Part shown: positions 1 to 12,990 of the stretch, one piece after another
How the letters are laid out: every line of letters begins with the position of its first letter
Position numbering within the stretch: position 1 is the first letter of the stretch
NCBI RefSeq assembly: GCF_018977255.1
Contig: NW_024704743.1
Coordinates: 31,808,001 to 31,872,000 of the forward strand
DNA from: Callorhinchus milii
Lineage: Eukaryota
DNA length: 64,000 bases
Reading direction: 5' to 3'
Notes under the pieces: model-generated
Told to the model about the DNA's origin: nothing
What the model saw: only the letters and a program-made list of their open reading frames with translations
The model's database searches: none
Translations under genes and position numbers: made by a program

Positions 1-1432
1 AAGACATGGAGCAGACCGGAACCCACTGAATGGAGGGAGTGGGCAGGTTGGTAGGGAGTCAGCAGGTCAGAGAGGTAAGAGGGGGCAAGGCCATGGATGG
101 CCTTGAAAGTTAGGACAAGTATCTTGAATTCGATCCTCTGAGGGATGGGGAGCCAGTGGAGTGGGGCGAGGGTGGGGATGATGGGGTCACGGAGCCTACT
201 GCGGAGGGAGTTCCTATAATCAAGCCTTGAGGTGACGAATGCATGGGTGAGGGTTTCGGCAGCCTGAGGGGTGAGGCAGTGGCGAAGTCTGGAATTGTGG
301 TGGTAGGCAGTGCCGGTCATGGCGTGGACGTGGGGGAGAAAGGACAGTTCAGTGTCAAACAAGACACCCATGTTCCTGACTGGCTTAGTGAGGTTGAGTG
401 TGCAGCCGTGGAGGCTGATACTGCCAGCGCCCGAGGTGCGGAGGCACTGGGCGAGCCAATCAGGAGAGCCTTGGTCTTGGTGATGTTCAGTTGGAGAAAT
501 TTGTCCCTCATCCAGGATTTGATGTCGGACAGGCAGTCGGTCAGGACACCAGTAGTCCTGGAGTTGAGGGTGGAGCAGAGATAAGAGTTGGGTGTCATTT
601 GCATACATGTGGAAATTGACCCCATGTCTGCAGATGATGTCACCAAGGGGGAGCATATAGAGGGTGAAGAGGAGGGGACCGAGGACAGAGCCCTGAGGAA
701 CACCGCAGGAGACAGTGCGGGGGCTAGAAGAGAAGCCATTTGCTGCGACGAAGTGGGGTGGTGTGAAAGGTAGCAACTGAACCAGTCAAGGACAGAACCT
801 TGAAGATCGAGGTGGGAGGAGAGGCGGTGGAGGAGGATTGAATGGTCCACAGTATCAAAGGCAGGCGAGGAGGTCGAGGAGCACGAGGAGGCAGAGGGAG
901 CCCTGGTCATACATGGTCAGGATGTCGTTTGTGACCTTGACCAGAGCAGTTTCCGTGATGTGGGCAGCACAGAACCCCGATTGGAGGGGTTCATGGAGGG
1001 AGTGGGAGGAGAGGAAAGAGCAAAGCTGGGAAGCAACGGCTCTCTCAAGGATCTTGGATAGGAAAAGGAGGTTGGAGATGGGCCGGTAGCTGGGTCAAGA
1101 GAATGTTTCTTCAAGGAGGGGCTGATAGTGGCTGTTTTGAGGGGGGTAGGAACAGTGCCAGATGACAGGGAGAGGTTGATGATGTCGGCGAGTAGTGGGG
1201 CAAGGAGGTGGAGCTGGGATTTAAAGAGAGGGGTGGGGATGGGGTTCAGGGAGCAGGTGGTGAGCTTCATGGAGGATGTGGTGGTGAAGACAGAGGAGGG
1301 GGTGACAGGTTCAAAGGTGTGTAAGGAAGAATGGGTAAATGTCGGAGTGTGGGGTGGGGGTAGGGAGGGGATGGAATTTGGGAGGGCGATGGCAGCTGAG
1401 CGGATTCCCTCAATTTTGGACTCGAAGAAGTC
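1..1432 (-). mobile_element. L2-clade LINE, 5'-truncated RT region with frameshifts; continues off the window start
   Basis: Minus-strand translations give L2 ORF2 motifs ([69 protein letters not shown]). Closely similar to the 44710-45848 copy but with an internal deletion near position 200. Confidence 0.95.
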
Positions 1433-1787
1433 CAGCATTACTGACAATACAGTGCTCCCCAACACTGTATTGGAGTGTCAATTTAGCACGTGAGTTGATT
1501 TGGGGCCTCTTACATTTGCCAATAGCATCTCGTCTACCTTGCTGGTTGGGTTCCAGTTTTAAGCATCTGGAATCATTACACCCTGCATTTCCACCTTATT
1601 GCAAGAGATCGACCTGGATCTAGATCAGTGGCACCCTCTTCTGGTCACTTTCTTAAGGAGGATAAGAGTTATTCAAATAAATCAATAAATTATATTTATG
1701 TTTACGTTTCTATAACCTTGCCCAATTTAAGTGCTGAACATGAACTTTCACAATCCGAAGAGAAGGATTTCCAGTATCAGTATCAAA

Positions 1788-1902
1788 TATACTTTACAGT
1801 CTATTCTGTGAAACGCTTTGAAAAAGACGTTTGAAAAACGTCCAGAAAAGTGAAAACCGTGAAAAGCGCTATATCAAATGCAAAGATTATTATTATTATT
1901 AT
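1788..1902 (+). mobile_element. tRNA-derived SINE 3' tail fragment
   Basis: actttacagtctattctgtgaaacgctttg...gcgctatatcaaatgcaaag(att)n matches the tails of full-length copies in the window. Confidence 0.85.
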
Positions 1903-1906
1903 TAAG

Positions 1907-2300
1907 CAATAACAACAACAACTTGCATTTATACAGAAGCGGGGTAGCGTCCCGGAGCACTTAAGGTGAGCATTCCTAAGTGAGCTGCAGAGTAAAGCTC
2001 CCTCTACACTACACCACCACCAACAACAAATTGCAAGGGGGATGGTAGTGGGAGGATGATAGAAAGCATGGTCCAAGAGGAAGGTCTTCAGACAGGCCTT
2101 GAATGAAGCAAGGAAGAGGGCATGGTAGAGGGATTCTGGAATGGAGTTTCAGAGGGTGGGTGCAGAAAGGCTAAAGGTCCAACCTCCGATGGTGGAGCAG
2201 ACACGGTGGGGAATGTGGAGCAGACCCATACCCACTGAGTGGAGGGAGCGGACATGTAATAGGATTTTAGGAGGTTACAGTGGAGCAAGACTGTACAGGG
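1907..2300 (-). mobile_element. Degraded L2 3' end
   Basis: (caa)n tail plus cttgcatttata, then aggaaggtcttcagacaggccttgaa...ggagtttcagagggtggg, homologous to other L2 3' ends. Confidence 0.8.
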
Positions 2301-2534
2301 CTTTACCAAACATTGCATCTCAATCCCAACCATAGAAGAGAACCCTATACTGTATGTTATTTTTTTTCTAACACAACTCATTCCGTGACTTGTTATCAAG
2401 AACGAAACTCACAAATTAGTGCCAATTCTTTCCAAACTATGCACACTAATTTGCAACTGTGTGTGTGTATGTGTGTGTTTGAGGGGTGCGAAATGGCCCA
2501 AACTTATTCCATTTTAGTGTCACCGATCCCAAAT

Positions 2535-3030
2535 AAAATCTTGATTTCAAGATCCTCACCCTCACCTACAAGGCCATTCATGGCCTTGCTCCCTCCTACC
2601 TCTCCAACCTACTATCCCCCTACCTACCTGCCCGTACCCTCCGTTCCTCTGGCTCCGGTTTGCTCCACGTCCCCCGCCCCAATCGCCCTACCATCGGTGG
2701 TCGGGCCTTCAGCCTCTCAGCCCCGAGGCTCTGGAACTCCATCCCCCAGTGCCTTCGCCTTGCTTCCTCCCTTTCCTCCTTCAAGGCCGGTCTCAAAACC
2801 TTTCTCTTTGACCGAGCCTTCAGCTCCCCTGTCGACTCTCTTCCCCCTCCTCGCTCCCTCCCTTCCCTCCCCTCACCCTGACCATTTCCCCCCTCCTCGC
2901 TCCCTCCCTTCCCTCCCCTCACCCTGACCATTTCCCCCCTGCTCGGGTCATGACCCAACTGTGCAGCGCCTTGGGACGTCCTCCTGACGTGAAAGGCGCT
3001 TTATAAATGGAATCTTGTTGTTGTTGTTGT
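2535..3030 (+). mobile_element. Young L2 3' end with a 46-bp internal tandem duplication
   Basis: Encodes RPTIGGRAFSLSAPRLWNSIP...SFKAGLKTFLF (end of ORF2), followed by gcagcgccttgggacgtcc...gtgaaaggcgctttataaatg and (ttg)n. Duplicated unit at about 2841-2940. Confidence 0.95.
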
Positions 3031-4714
3031 AAAATCTTCCCTGGATATTTTCCAATATGTTTTTACTTTGACAAATTATACCAAATAAATGGGAGTGACA
3101 TGTAGACTGCGATTTCATTAAGCATGGTTCGGGTGAGATTTATAATCCATTCGACCTTTGTTCTTTAAGTTTAAGATAACATCTGAAACCCCTTCAATGA
3201 GAGTACTGCCTGGAAATCACTTCTGGCTATCCATTATTCACAGATTGTTTTGCTCCCATCCTTAGTGACCATTGATGTCTATCTGCAGATACTCTCTCCA
3301 CCACTTACAGCATTGGGTCCATTCAACCAGACCTCGGTAGTTGCTCAGTATAAGTCTATTTGAATTTATTTTCCATCCAGGAATTCCTATTTTGGGGCTC
3401 ACATCATCCAGCCAGGTGTATTGATATGAATTAAACACATGCTTGGCTTAATTTTTAGTCCCTGCTTTTCTTTTGTTTGCATCGAGTATCTTGGAAATAA
3501 TTCCACTGGAAGAGTAATTGATGTCTTTGGAAATTTACTGGAGTCTAGGTGGCCTAAGATATGATAGAATATTTATTTCTACTTTTGATGGAGACCAGAT
3601 AATGGAAATATTATAGCACATAGTAGGCCACCCATGATTCTGTTTATAGCTTAGCTGATTTGCGATTTGGTAAAATAAATACTTTTTATTATCTTTTTCT
3701 GTCTTTTTCTAAACGGCCAAGACGCAGAGTATATCTGGCTTGGAGACAGCAATGTGCAAACGCTAATGTCAGTCTAAAAATAGTCCCATTACAATTTTAG
3801 GAGGACATAAATCAAGCAATACTATTATTTGTTATATGATTTATATCCACGTATGAGTGTTATAAAGAGAAATCCTCTGTCCTCTGTTGAGAGTCAGTCT
3901 CTCGGGTCGCTTAGATTTAGCTAGTGGCTCCTGAGAATGACAGGCTGTATGCGAGTAGGAACACACAGGCTCTATTCTGGATTTGGGGACAGAGAGGTAA
4001 TTAAGCATAGGCAAGGTTAGTGTTCATGTGTATAGAGTCAGTTCATTCATAGTAGTAGGCCGTTTGGTCTGTCGAGCCTGTTCTGCCATTTGAAGACATT
4101 GCCGTAAGTATGTAGTTTAGTTATTTCTGTTTTTTCCCCTTTTTGTTGCCCAATTTGTATTTCCCACTTGTCACACACCATTCTCTAGACAAAAGAGTAA
4201 AGAGGCAGCCAGTGCAGGACCAGTGCTGATGTGGCCACTGTAGAATTGATGAGAACAGACCAGGGGCGGTTCATTGCATTTCTTCCATCACTCTGGAGAG
4301 TGTTTCTGCTTACAACCTTCCATTATGACTGGACTGAGGTCAGGAACTTGCTCTGTGAAGAACATTGTCCATAGAATCCATATCTTCCCAATCTACAGAA
4401 AGGTGCATTGAACCCTTGTTCTTGTACCAACACATCACTCTTAGTACGAATATAGTTGTTATTGACTGGGTCATTTCCAGGAGTGCAATGCTCCGTATCG
4501 TGACAATCATCGCCAGTGATTTTTTAAAAAAAATTGCATTTTATATGTTACCTTTTTATGCTGTCGGGGCATCTCAAAGAGCTTCACATGATTTTACTGT
4601 AGTGACTGTGTACATTGTGAGTTAAATGAAATGCGATCATTATTACCAGGGATAATTTTCACATTATTCTTACATACGGCTTCATTCATCTCAATGATTC
4701 TATTCATGATACAT

Positions 4715-4890
4715 TACAATATAATTTACTCTTGTACAGCACCTTTTACGTCGGCAGGAGTCCCAAAGCGCTGCCAGCTGAGCTAAGGTGGGGAGCTGAG
4801 AGGGGTATGTAGGGAAAGATGACGAAAAGCGTAGTTAAAGTGGTACATTTTGAGGCGTACCCTGAAAAAGGGAAGGGAGGGAACAAGATT
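4715..4890 (-). mobile_element. Old L2 3' tail fragment
   Basis: acagcaccttttacgtcggcaggagtcccaaagcgct is the reverse complement of the L2 tail, followed by a purine-rich 3' UTR. Confidence 0.65.
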
Positions 4891-6056
4891 CATATCAGCG
4901 TTCTGCATCAACTCGCGTGCCTACACTTTTAAACCATCACATGTCACAATAGTGCACCATATTTCACAAAACTGTGATGCTTCCACTGGTCATTTTGAAC
5001 GATGGCATACATGTTTTTAAAGGTGTTTCTCATTGACTGAAAACAGCCTTTGCGGGAATTTAATCTCACTGGGCATTTAACACAGGGAAAAACATTCTTT
5101 TGTAAATGACTTGCTCAGTTTTGAATTCACCTCAAGTAAAATTGAGCTCTACTGATTGTTTTTGTGCAACTCCTTCAAGACCTACTACTTCCCAAACAGA
5201 CTTGAACTGGGAGGTGATTTCTTTATTATGTCCTTTCAGATTAACCGTGTGTACTGTATGGTGTTGTGCTTTTCCAATTTGTTACTGCCGCGCGTTGCCC
5301 AAATCCCCACGCAGACTCCTAATGGTTCTTTTCTTTAATCTTCAGCCCAGGCATCTTGTCTGAACTGTCATTTAACCAGCATGAAACACGAGCCATGTTC
5401 TAATGAATTTCAGAGGGAATTTCACAGACCCTGAGGGGATCTGTTTGTTTCTTGGTCGAAGTGCAGAGAAATCCAAATTGGATTCATGAATTTTTTTTAT
5501 TCAAGAAAATAATTGGTCCACTGGCAATCGTGTGGATCCAGTTATTTTAATTGTAAGAAATGATTATTAACGTAAGTTTTTTTTAATCTTCATTTTTGCA
5601 GTATTTTGACATTTTCTTTGATTTTCTTGTGCTCCATTGCTAGAACCTTATAAACTTTGAAAGCGTGAGCATGCACACTCTCGACGTGGGGAGAACCAAA
5701 CATTGTGACAGAAAACAGAAGTGTCCACTGACTAGTGAAAGAACTCCTACATTTGTATAGTGTGGATACATTGCCTTGTTTTCCCCTGATCATTCAGTCT
5801 CAGTTTCCTGCCATCTGCTGTCAATTCTCAGGGCTAAAATGTAATACAGTGAACTTCTGATAATAAGACCATGGCTTATATCATCACATAGCTTATATCA
5901 TGGTGCTATCAATATCCCAGCCACTGCAAAATGTGATTAAGGGACTTCCCTTTATTTCATCACTTGCTTGTAACGTATAAAGTCGTATTCTATACATCCC
6001 AATAAGTAAAATATAGTTGCGACCACTCAACAAACCCTGGTGATGAACGGCCTGGT

Positions 6057-6155
6057 ATTATAATAATAATCCTTGCATTTGAGATTGCGTCTTATCACGT
6101 CTTCAACAAGTCTCAAAGCGTTTCACAGAATGTACTGTAAAGTGTAGTGACTGTA
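6057..6155 (-). mobile_element. tRNA-SINE 3' tail
   Basis: (aat)n ccttgcatttga...caaagcgtttcacagaatgtactgtaaagtg. Confidence 0.8.
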
Positions 6156-6239
6156 CCTCAGGAAAATGTCGCACTCGCCCTCAACTAGCCACGTAGTTGC
6201 TGTTTTGAGTGTTATGTAAGTAGATCATATTACCGCCGC

Positions 6240-6412
6240 CTAAGCCCCTCCCTTGCTTGCTTCAAGATCCGTCTCAAGACCCTCTTCTTCGACCGTGCCT
6301 TTGATTACCCTCCTTCTCCCCCTGCCCTCCACTCTCCCCGATCTCAATCCCCAGTGCGGGTTCAAAACACTGATTGTCCGGTGCCTTGGGACTGTAATTT
6401 TGTTGTTGTTGC
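6240..6412 (+). mobile_element. L2 3' end fragment
   Basis: ttcaagatccgtctcaagaccctcttcttcgaccgtgcctt...(ttg)n. Confidence 0.8.
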
Positions 6413-6621
6413 CTTCTGTGAGGTTTTGCCTGTTAAAATCTGAGTGATTCAGGATGCCGCAGTGAGTAAAATGACCAAAATGTTTTTCATACACATATGC
6501 CTATACATAAACTTATAGTATACTTGAATGTGTATCAACAAATAATCTGACTGTCATGGAGGCTGGGGCTGCACTGTAACACTGACAGCTGTTCACTCTT
6601 GGTGTAGATCCTTTCAGCCAC

Positions 6622-6820
6622 AGCAAAAACAAAAATAATAATAAATTGGTCACTTTCAATCCACGACTGTTTGTGGGTCACTGCTGTGCGCAATTGGCTG
6701 CCGCGTTCACCCACAAATATACAGTCAATTCACTTTACAGTATATTCTGTGAAGCGCTTTGGGACGTCTAGAAGATGTGAAAAGCGCTATATCAAATGCA
6801 AGGATTATTATTATTATTAT
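6622..6820 (+). mobile_element. tRNA-SINE 3' half (young)
   Basis: Nearly identical to the 3' half of the 33788-34116 and 38810-39138 copies; ends in (att)n. Confidence 0.92.
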
Positions 6821-7939
6821 AGTGGCCCGGGAGGACTCGTACCTACATTGTCACCCTAGATATAGAGTCGCTTAGCTCTTTTCCCTTGGAGTGATGATAT
6901 AATCAGGAATTTATTGTATTCGCAAACCATATTCATTCTAAATGAGAGATTATGAAATTTTGGGCACATCTGCTTTATTTTTACCATTGCCATCTTGGTA
7001 TTTGTAATTGACCGTCCGTACATTTTGCATATTGGAAGTCACAATTAATCCTCAAATTAGCTTCCATTGACACGTAACACATGACTGTAGAGCAGCCCTT
7101 GCACTGCGGACTTGCATCCCCGCTTAAAACAAAAGCGAGAGCTCAACCTATGATCAGTGCCGAAATCCTGATGGAATTTAATTCCGTCTGGTTTGGGTTG
7201 ATTCAGCCAGTGATTCGAAGTTGAATGGAGGATGAATCTGAATGTCGGGAGGCAAGCTCACGATTCCATTTTTCACAGTGACAGAAATGCTCAGCAGGCT
7301 GCATATTTGCAGAGTTCAGAATATGTTGTGCATAGATGAAAATTCACAGCAGTGATTCAGAGGATCAAGTGAACAAGAGTGCATTCAGGACAATGTAAAA
7401 CCTCCTGCCTCAGCACATTTATCTTTTATTCATTACTTTCCCTCAGTTCTTCCTTGCTTCTTTGCTAACATACTATTTATTAATTTTTAAAAAAAAGACA
7501 TTTCATCCCACTTTATATTGCCTCCCCTTCCTCTCAATTCACCTACAAAATAGTCAATTCACTTTTCAGTATATTTGTTGTTGTTCTTGTCTTAATGGTA
7601 TGATAAGGCACTATATTAAATGCAAGGACTTTTATTATTATTTGATTTTTTTAAATGCAGTTTATTCCCTTGTTAATCCCAATGTTGTTCTTCCTTTTCA
7701 TCCATTTCTCTTACTTTCTTTTCCTCTATTTTGTGAACGAACACAATCAATCCTCACCTCCTCAAATTACAAGCAATGACTGAGCCCATGAGACAAAAAG
7801 GTAGCAGACTGAATGAAGTGTGGTGTTCAAGCGCAGAATGGAATCCAGCTGTAAGGATCTGAAGAGAATAATGCGGTCAAAGTACCGAAATTGCATTTCG
7901 TTCATTAATGATTTGATAACCAGGCTCTGTGAGTTAATC

Positions 7940-8200
7940 TTGCTCCCTCGGCTCTACTGGCTTCTCATCCCCTAGAGGATCAAATTCAAAATTCGCATCC
8001 TCACGTTCAAAAACTCCCACAGCCTCGCCCCACCCTGCCTCTGCAACTTCCTGCAACCCTAATGACCCTTTGATCATGACCCCACCCTAGTTTTCAGCCA
8101 TTCTGCCACACTCTGCAATTCCCAGAGTCCCTCTGACTTATCTCCTCCCTCCTCACAATACTCACCACTTTGACCGCATTTCAGTCATCTATCAACCACC
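7940..8200 (+). mobile_element. Old L2 fragment
   Basis: ctctactggcttctcatcccctagaggatcaaattcaaaattcgcatcctcacgttcaaa corresponds to the LHWLP...IKFKI region. Confidence 0.7.
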
Positions 8201-8574
8201 TCCCCAACCCCCCAACCACACACACACACGGGTGTCAGCCAGCCAGGGAAAGCATTGGTTAAATGTAGACAGTATTGTATTTTATTATTATTGCACCACA
8301 TCCTTGTGTGAAAATTGCAACATTTACAACGTTTAAAGTGCTCCAAGATGTTATTCCACACGAAGCACTCGATATGAATGATAGTTGTTGTTGTTGTTGT
8401 AATGATATGTTAATTCAGAATCCAAAGATACTCATTAACATATGCATGAAAAAGTGACCTGAAGATAATTAACACACTAAATGATTTCATGGTTTGCTAC
8501 AGTAATCCCCACCACCCCTTACACTTGTTTAATGGTTATTGGCTGGAAGCCAGCTGTGTTGTGGATTGGACTTT

Positions 8575-8885
8575 TACAACAACAAATTTACAATTGTACA
8601 GTGCTTCTCACATCGGCAGGATTTCCCAAGGCGCTGGACAATCGAGGGTTTGCACCTGAGTTGGGGATGGGAGCCCAGGCGGCTGGGGGATGAGAGCATG
8701 GGGCTGGGTGGAAGAAGGACGACTGAAGGCGTAGTCAAAGTGGAAGATCTTGAAACAGACCTTGAATTGAGGGAAGAAGGGAGAGGTGGAGTAATTCTGG
8801 ATGGTGTTCTAAAGAATGGGGGGCAGATAGGCTGAAAGCCCGACTGCCGATGGTGGGGTAGGTAGGTTGGGGGATGCTCAGCGGG
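8575..8885 (-). mobile_element. L2 3' end
   Basis: caacaacaaatttacaattgtacagtgc tail; gaggctgaaagcccgactgccgatggt-like GGRAFS region. Confidence 0.8.
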
Positions 8886-8894
8886 TGGATTTAA

Positions 8895-9120
8895 TAGTAT
8901 TAATAATTCTTGCATTTGATATAGTGCCTTATCACATCTTTGATATGTCTCAAAGTGCTTCACAGAATATACTGTAAAGTGAATAGACTGTATAATTTTG
9001 TGGGCGAAACGTAGCAGCCAATTGCGCACAGCAATATCCCACAAACAGTTGTGGATTGAGTGACCAGATGATTATTATTTTTTAAATTATTTTTTTGAAG
9101 GACTTATTACCCTGGAAAAG
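8895..9120 (-). mobile_element. tRNA-SINE 3' portion
   Basis: Reverse complement of the SINE body (cagccaattgcgcacagcaatatcccacaaacag). Confidence 0.9.
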
Positions 9121-9129
9121 TGATCTGCA

Positions 9130-9382
9130 AGTTGACTAACAACCGTTAAATGTGGACGTTAAGTTTCCATGGCACTATTCGAAAAGAAAAGGAAGTTTTT
9201 TCAGATCTTCTGGCCAACAACCCCTGTAATAAAATTGATCATTCACTCCATGGGTGTTTGTGTGACATTTCTGTGCGTGACTGCACACCACGTGTCGCTA
9301 GGATATCCTGTGAAGCGCTTTGAGACATCTCGATAACATAATAAGGCACTATATCAAATGCAAGGATTATTATTATTATTAT
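9130..9382 (+). mobile_element. DeuSINE (SacSINE1-like) 3' portion
   Basis: gtggacgttaagtttccatggcactattcgaaaaga...ctggccaacaa Deu-domain motif plus (att)n tail. Confidence 0.75.
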
Positions 9383-10074
9383 CTCCTTTCCAGCCCTACT
9401 TCCTACTCTGTCTTTGTAAAGTGCTTTGAGAAAATTCCTCTTGTGTGGAAGGAACTGTGTATGTGCAAATAGTTGTTGGTGGTTAAACAGGTATCCTGTT
9501 CAATCTCCAAGCTGAGAAGTTATTGCGCGATGAGGGCAGCTTCTGGGCACAACCGTTGAAAAAGGTGGATCATGATTTTTATGTTTTATTCAGTTTTGAG
9601 AAAGGTGGAAGAAATTGCTTGGTGCTGGAACACCCTTCTGACACTGAAAAGAACAGAAGCATGAATGCATGTGAAGGCCACTCTGCCCGGGGCAAATACA
9701 TTTTTCCTGTTTGTCAATTGGGATTCGGTATAATGAGGCTTTGTTCAGATCTACTATCAACAGTGCTAAAGGCTTCCATCCATCCACTCTCTCTCTCTCT
9801 CTCTCTTTATTTTGAGAATACTGTCGTTCATACTTTATATAAATTCCAGTAGTCCTGAGGCTTAACTTCGACAGGAGATAAATGCATCTCCCTGGAGAAA
9901 TGCTTTGTGTTTAGGCATCAGGCTTGTTCGTGTCTGCTTTCAGCCGAACATAATGTAAAAGAGTCTTTGAGCTCTCGGGTACTAGCAGTCACTATGCAGC
10001 ATGCAGAAATAGATTTCCAGCTGCACAAGTTGCTTGAGATTTCAGAATAATGCAACGTAATTGCTTGAGAAAAA

Positions 10075-10630
10075 CAGAGCCAGCAGGGAAACCCCAGTTA
10101 AGTTTAGACGAGACACTGGTTACACTGAGGTAGAAGTATCGCATGCAATTCTGGGCACCCTTTTATAGGAAGGACAGTCAGAGAAACTTCGCAGCATAGG
10201 TTTACCTGGGTGAAACCTAGAATTCGGGGTATTTTTTACGAGGATAGCTTTGAAAAGTTGGTGCTGCTTCCAATAGAATTGGACAGGTTAAGTGGGGGGG
10301 AATCTGATGAAAGACTTCAAGGGAATAATAGTAGAAATGACCCTGCTGGTTGGTGAATTGGGAACAAAGATTAAGATCACCAATAGAAGAGGTAAAGTGC
10401 AAGTTAGAAGAATTGTTTGAATGCAGAGGCTTGTTGAACAGGAAACGTTTTGCCACAAGTGGCTATTGAAGATGGCTGAATCTCAGACCATAACAACAGT
10501 TAAAGGGAAATTGGACATGAATTTGAGGTGAACCAATCTGAAAGTGTACAAGGAGAGAATAGAAAATGGAAATAGAGGTGAAAGAGCCTCTTTCTGGTCT
10601 GTAGGAGAACACAATGGTTCACTTCATTAG
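10075..10630 (+). mobile_element. Degraded CR1 LINE 3' end
   Basis: gacactggttacactgaggtagaagtatcgcatgcaattctgggcacccttttataggaagga resembles the CR1 ORF2 end LVRP.LEYC.QFWAP.YRKD. Confidence 0.7.
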
Positions 10631-10839
10631 ATGACTGAAAACAAAAGGATGGTTTTCTGCCTCCAGACAGCACAGACACCAATTCAATATATACTTTTAA
10701 AAACACACCTACCTTTTTCACTGTGGTTTTAATCATGGCTGGGAGAAGGCTACCTGCATGACAATGAAAAACTGCATGCGGCAAAGAAAATGCTGTCAAA
10801 GATCGGCAGAGGGACTTAGGCTCTTTCACACATCATTGT

Positions 10840-11095
10840 ACCATATCACTGAAAAAGGGTTGGAAAGTCTACATTGAAACTGTAGACTTTCCTGGCCTCT
10901 AGCCAACAATCCCTTAGTTAAAGTTGGTTGATTGCTTCTTCGCTGTTTGCGGGACATTGCTGTGCACAAAATTGTTTGCCGTGTTTGCTTACAAATACCC
11001 TCACCTCATTTTACAGTAATTCCTGTGAAGTGTTTTGAGATGTCCTCCCAATGTAAAAGGCGAAATATCAAAAGCGATGCTTATTTTTATTAATA
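10840..11095 (+). mobile_element. DeuSINE 3' fragment
   Basis: gctgtttgcgggacattgctgtgcacaaaattg...gtgaagtgttttgagatgtcc tail. Confidence 0.7.
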
Positions 11096-11689
11096 TTATA
11101 ATTAAGCATCTGCCTCTATACCAAATACAAGGTTTGTGTGTTTATTTATTTAAAATAGACAACCTGAAAGGAATTGGCTTATAATTTGGCTCCCTTCAGG
11201 TCTGAAATTCACTTAGTCACTTGTCCCTAAGCTGTATTGATCCAGGACGTTTCACCCATATGTCCTAAGAGTTGTAATGCCTTGTGTATGGGTGTCCACG
11301 TTGGGACTTGCATTTCTTACTTGGATAAGACACTAATCTCAAGTGTTGGAATGTGTCCAGTAGTGAAGGCAGGCAGATTGCATCTTTCCTGACATGTTAA
11401 TATTTTAGAAATCATTTCTACTACTTCTTAGATTCCAAGTTGTCTGTTTTCATTTTCCCTGTCCTTTATTTTAAACGTGGAAGAGAACATTAACTTTTCC
11501 CAAACGTACTTATGGAAAAGAGTGATCACCTATGACCACAGGAAGTAAAGCCTTATCAATACTAAACTTCACTCGGCTTTCCTCACACGTGATAGCTTCA
11601 AAGTCAGCTGTGTATTGGATTTGATTGTCAGCTTTCTTTACTTCCTGATTGACTAAGAGACAATTAACAATTTAGGGTGGTATTCTGCA

Positions 11690-11880
11690 CCATTCTCTTC
11701 GAACTCCCTCTATTCGTTCAAGGCATTACTCAAAACATGCCTCTTTAACCGCACTTTCAGCCTTTCCCCTCCTCAATTCCCTTGGTGACCATCTCAGTTA
11801 GGGTGCCATCCAGCATGGTGAGGCACTTTGGGATGTTCTACTGATGTGAAAGGTGTATTTAAATGTAAACTGTATTATAT
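11690..11880 (+). mobile_element. Old L2 3' end
   Basis: ttcaaggcattactcaaaacatgcctctttaaccgcactttcag...gtgaaaggtgtatttaaatgtaa. Confidence 0.65.
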
Positions 11881-12209
11881 ATTCAGTAAATGCAGAAAAT
11901 TTGCCACAGTTATTGAACAGAGTAGAATAGCATCTTACGATTCAAATATTGCACAACAATATAGCTTACCTGCAAACAGATGGAATGTCAATTACTTTGA
12001 ATGCCACTCTGCACTTAGAACCTGACTTATACATGTGCAATCAATCCTGTGGTGACTGGGTGACATTCAAACAATCATTTACAATATAATTTTTTTTCTG
12101 TCTTCCGTAAAGGTCGACTGAATGACTTTGTTACAAAGATCTGGAAATTGGCTGACGATGAAATATCCTGAACCAGCCGTAATGTTTGTTAACAAAATGC
12201 CAATGGTTT

Positions 12210-12506
12210 ATCGGGACCTAGCTGGGATCGCTGAGTAATCCTACAGCTCAATTACCTTTGGGGATTTGGGAGACTGTATTCAGAAACAGTTTGAATAGTG
12301 TCATGGGATTGTCACCGTCCATCTGAACTGGCAGACAGGACCTCGGTTTGAAGTTTCACTAAAAAAAAATACACTGCATCTGTGACAACACAGTGCATCC
12401 CCCAGCACTGCACTGGAGTGTTTATCTAGTCTGTTAGCTCAGGCCTTGACATGAGGCTTCAAGCTTCAGACCCAGTGGTGAGAGTCGTACCAACTGAGCC
12501 AGGCTG
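12210..12506 (-). mobile_element. DeuSINE with tRNA-like head
   Basis: gtccatctgaactggcagacaggacctcggttt...cagcactgcactggagtg...accaactgagccaggctg. Confidence 0.8.
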
Positions 12507-12651
12507 CTTCCATACCTTCAGCTTCCTATTTCAACAATAAATATTTGAAGAGGAAGAATATAAATAGGTATAAGGAAAGAGCAGAGAATTGAAATTAGAG
12601 GGATTGATTTCAAACCTAAACCCTATAATTATCTCATTGAACATATTAGAT

Positions 12652-12990
12652 GTCAGCCTGGCTCAGTTAGATGTTCACCTCTGAGTCAGAGGCTGTGGTT
12701 TCAAGCCCCACATTAAGATTTTGAACTCACATATTTAGGTTGCCACACCATTGCGGTGCTGGGATAATATTGCATTGTCTGAAGGTGCTATCCTTTGGAT
12801 AAGATGTTAAACTGAGGTCCTATCTACCAGATCACGTGGGTGTTAATGGTAGTATTTGAAAAGGTGGTAACTCCCAGTGTCCTGGTCCCCTCCATCACCA
12901 GATAATATTGGACATTCATTTCATGGTTGTTTATGGGACATTATTGGCCTCAAATTGCTGTGTTCCCCTTACGAAATAGAGTCACAATAT
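12652..12990 (+). mobile_element. DeuSINE with tRNA-like head, near full length
   Basis: gtcagcctggctcagttag...cacctctgagtcagaggctgtggtttcaagccc (A/B box) and Deu domain cctttggataagatgttaaactgaggtcc. Confidence 0.85.

Noticed and set aside
2280..2927. 215-aa Pro/Ser-rich ORF
   Set aside because: Off-frame read-through of a C-rich L2 3' end and its tandem duplication
10126..10140. let-7-like TGAGGTAG seed (also near 16888)
   Set aside because: Lies within CR1/L2 relics; the rest of the mature sequence and the hairpin are absent
12112..12171. Strong plus-strand acceptor followed by RLNDFVTKIWKLADDEIS-stop
   Set aside because: All frames close quickly, there is no donor or recognisable homology, and it abuts a DeuSINE
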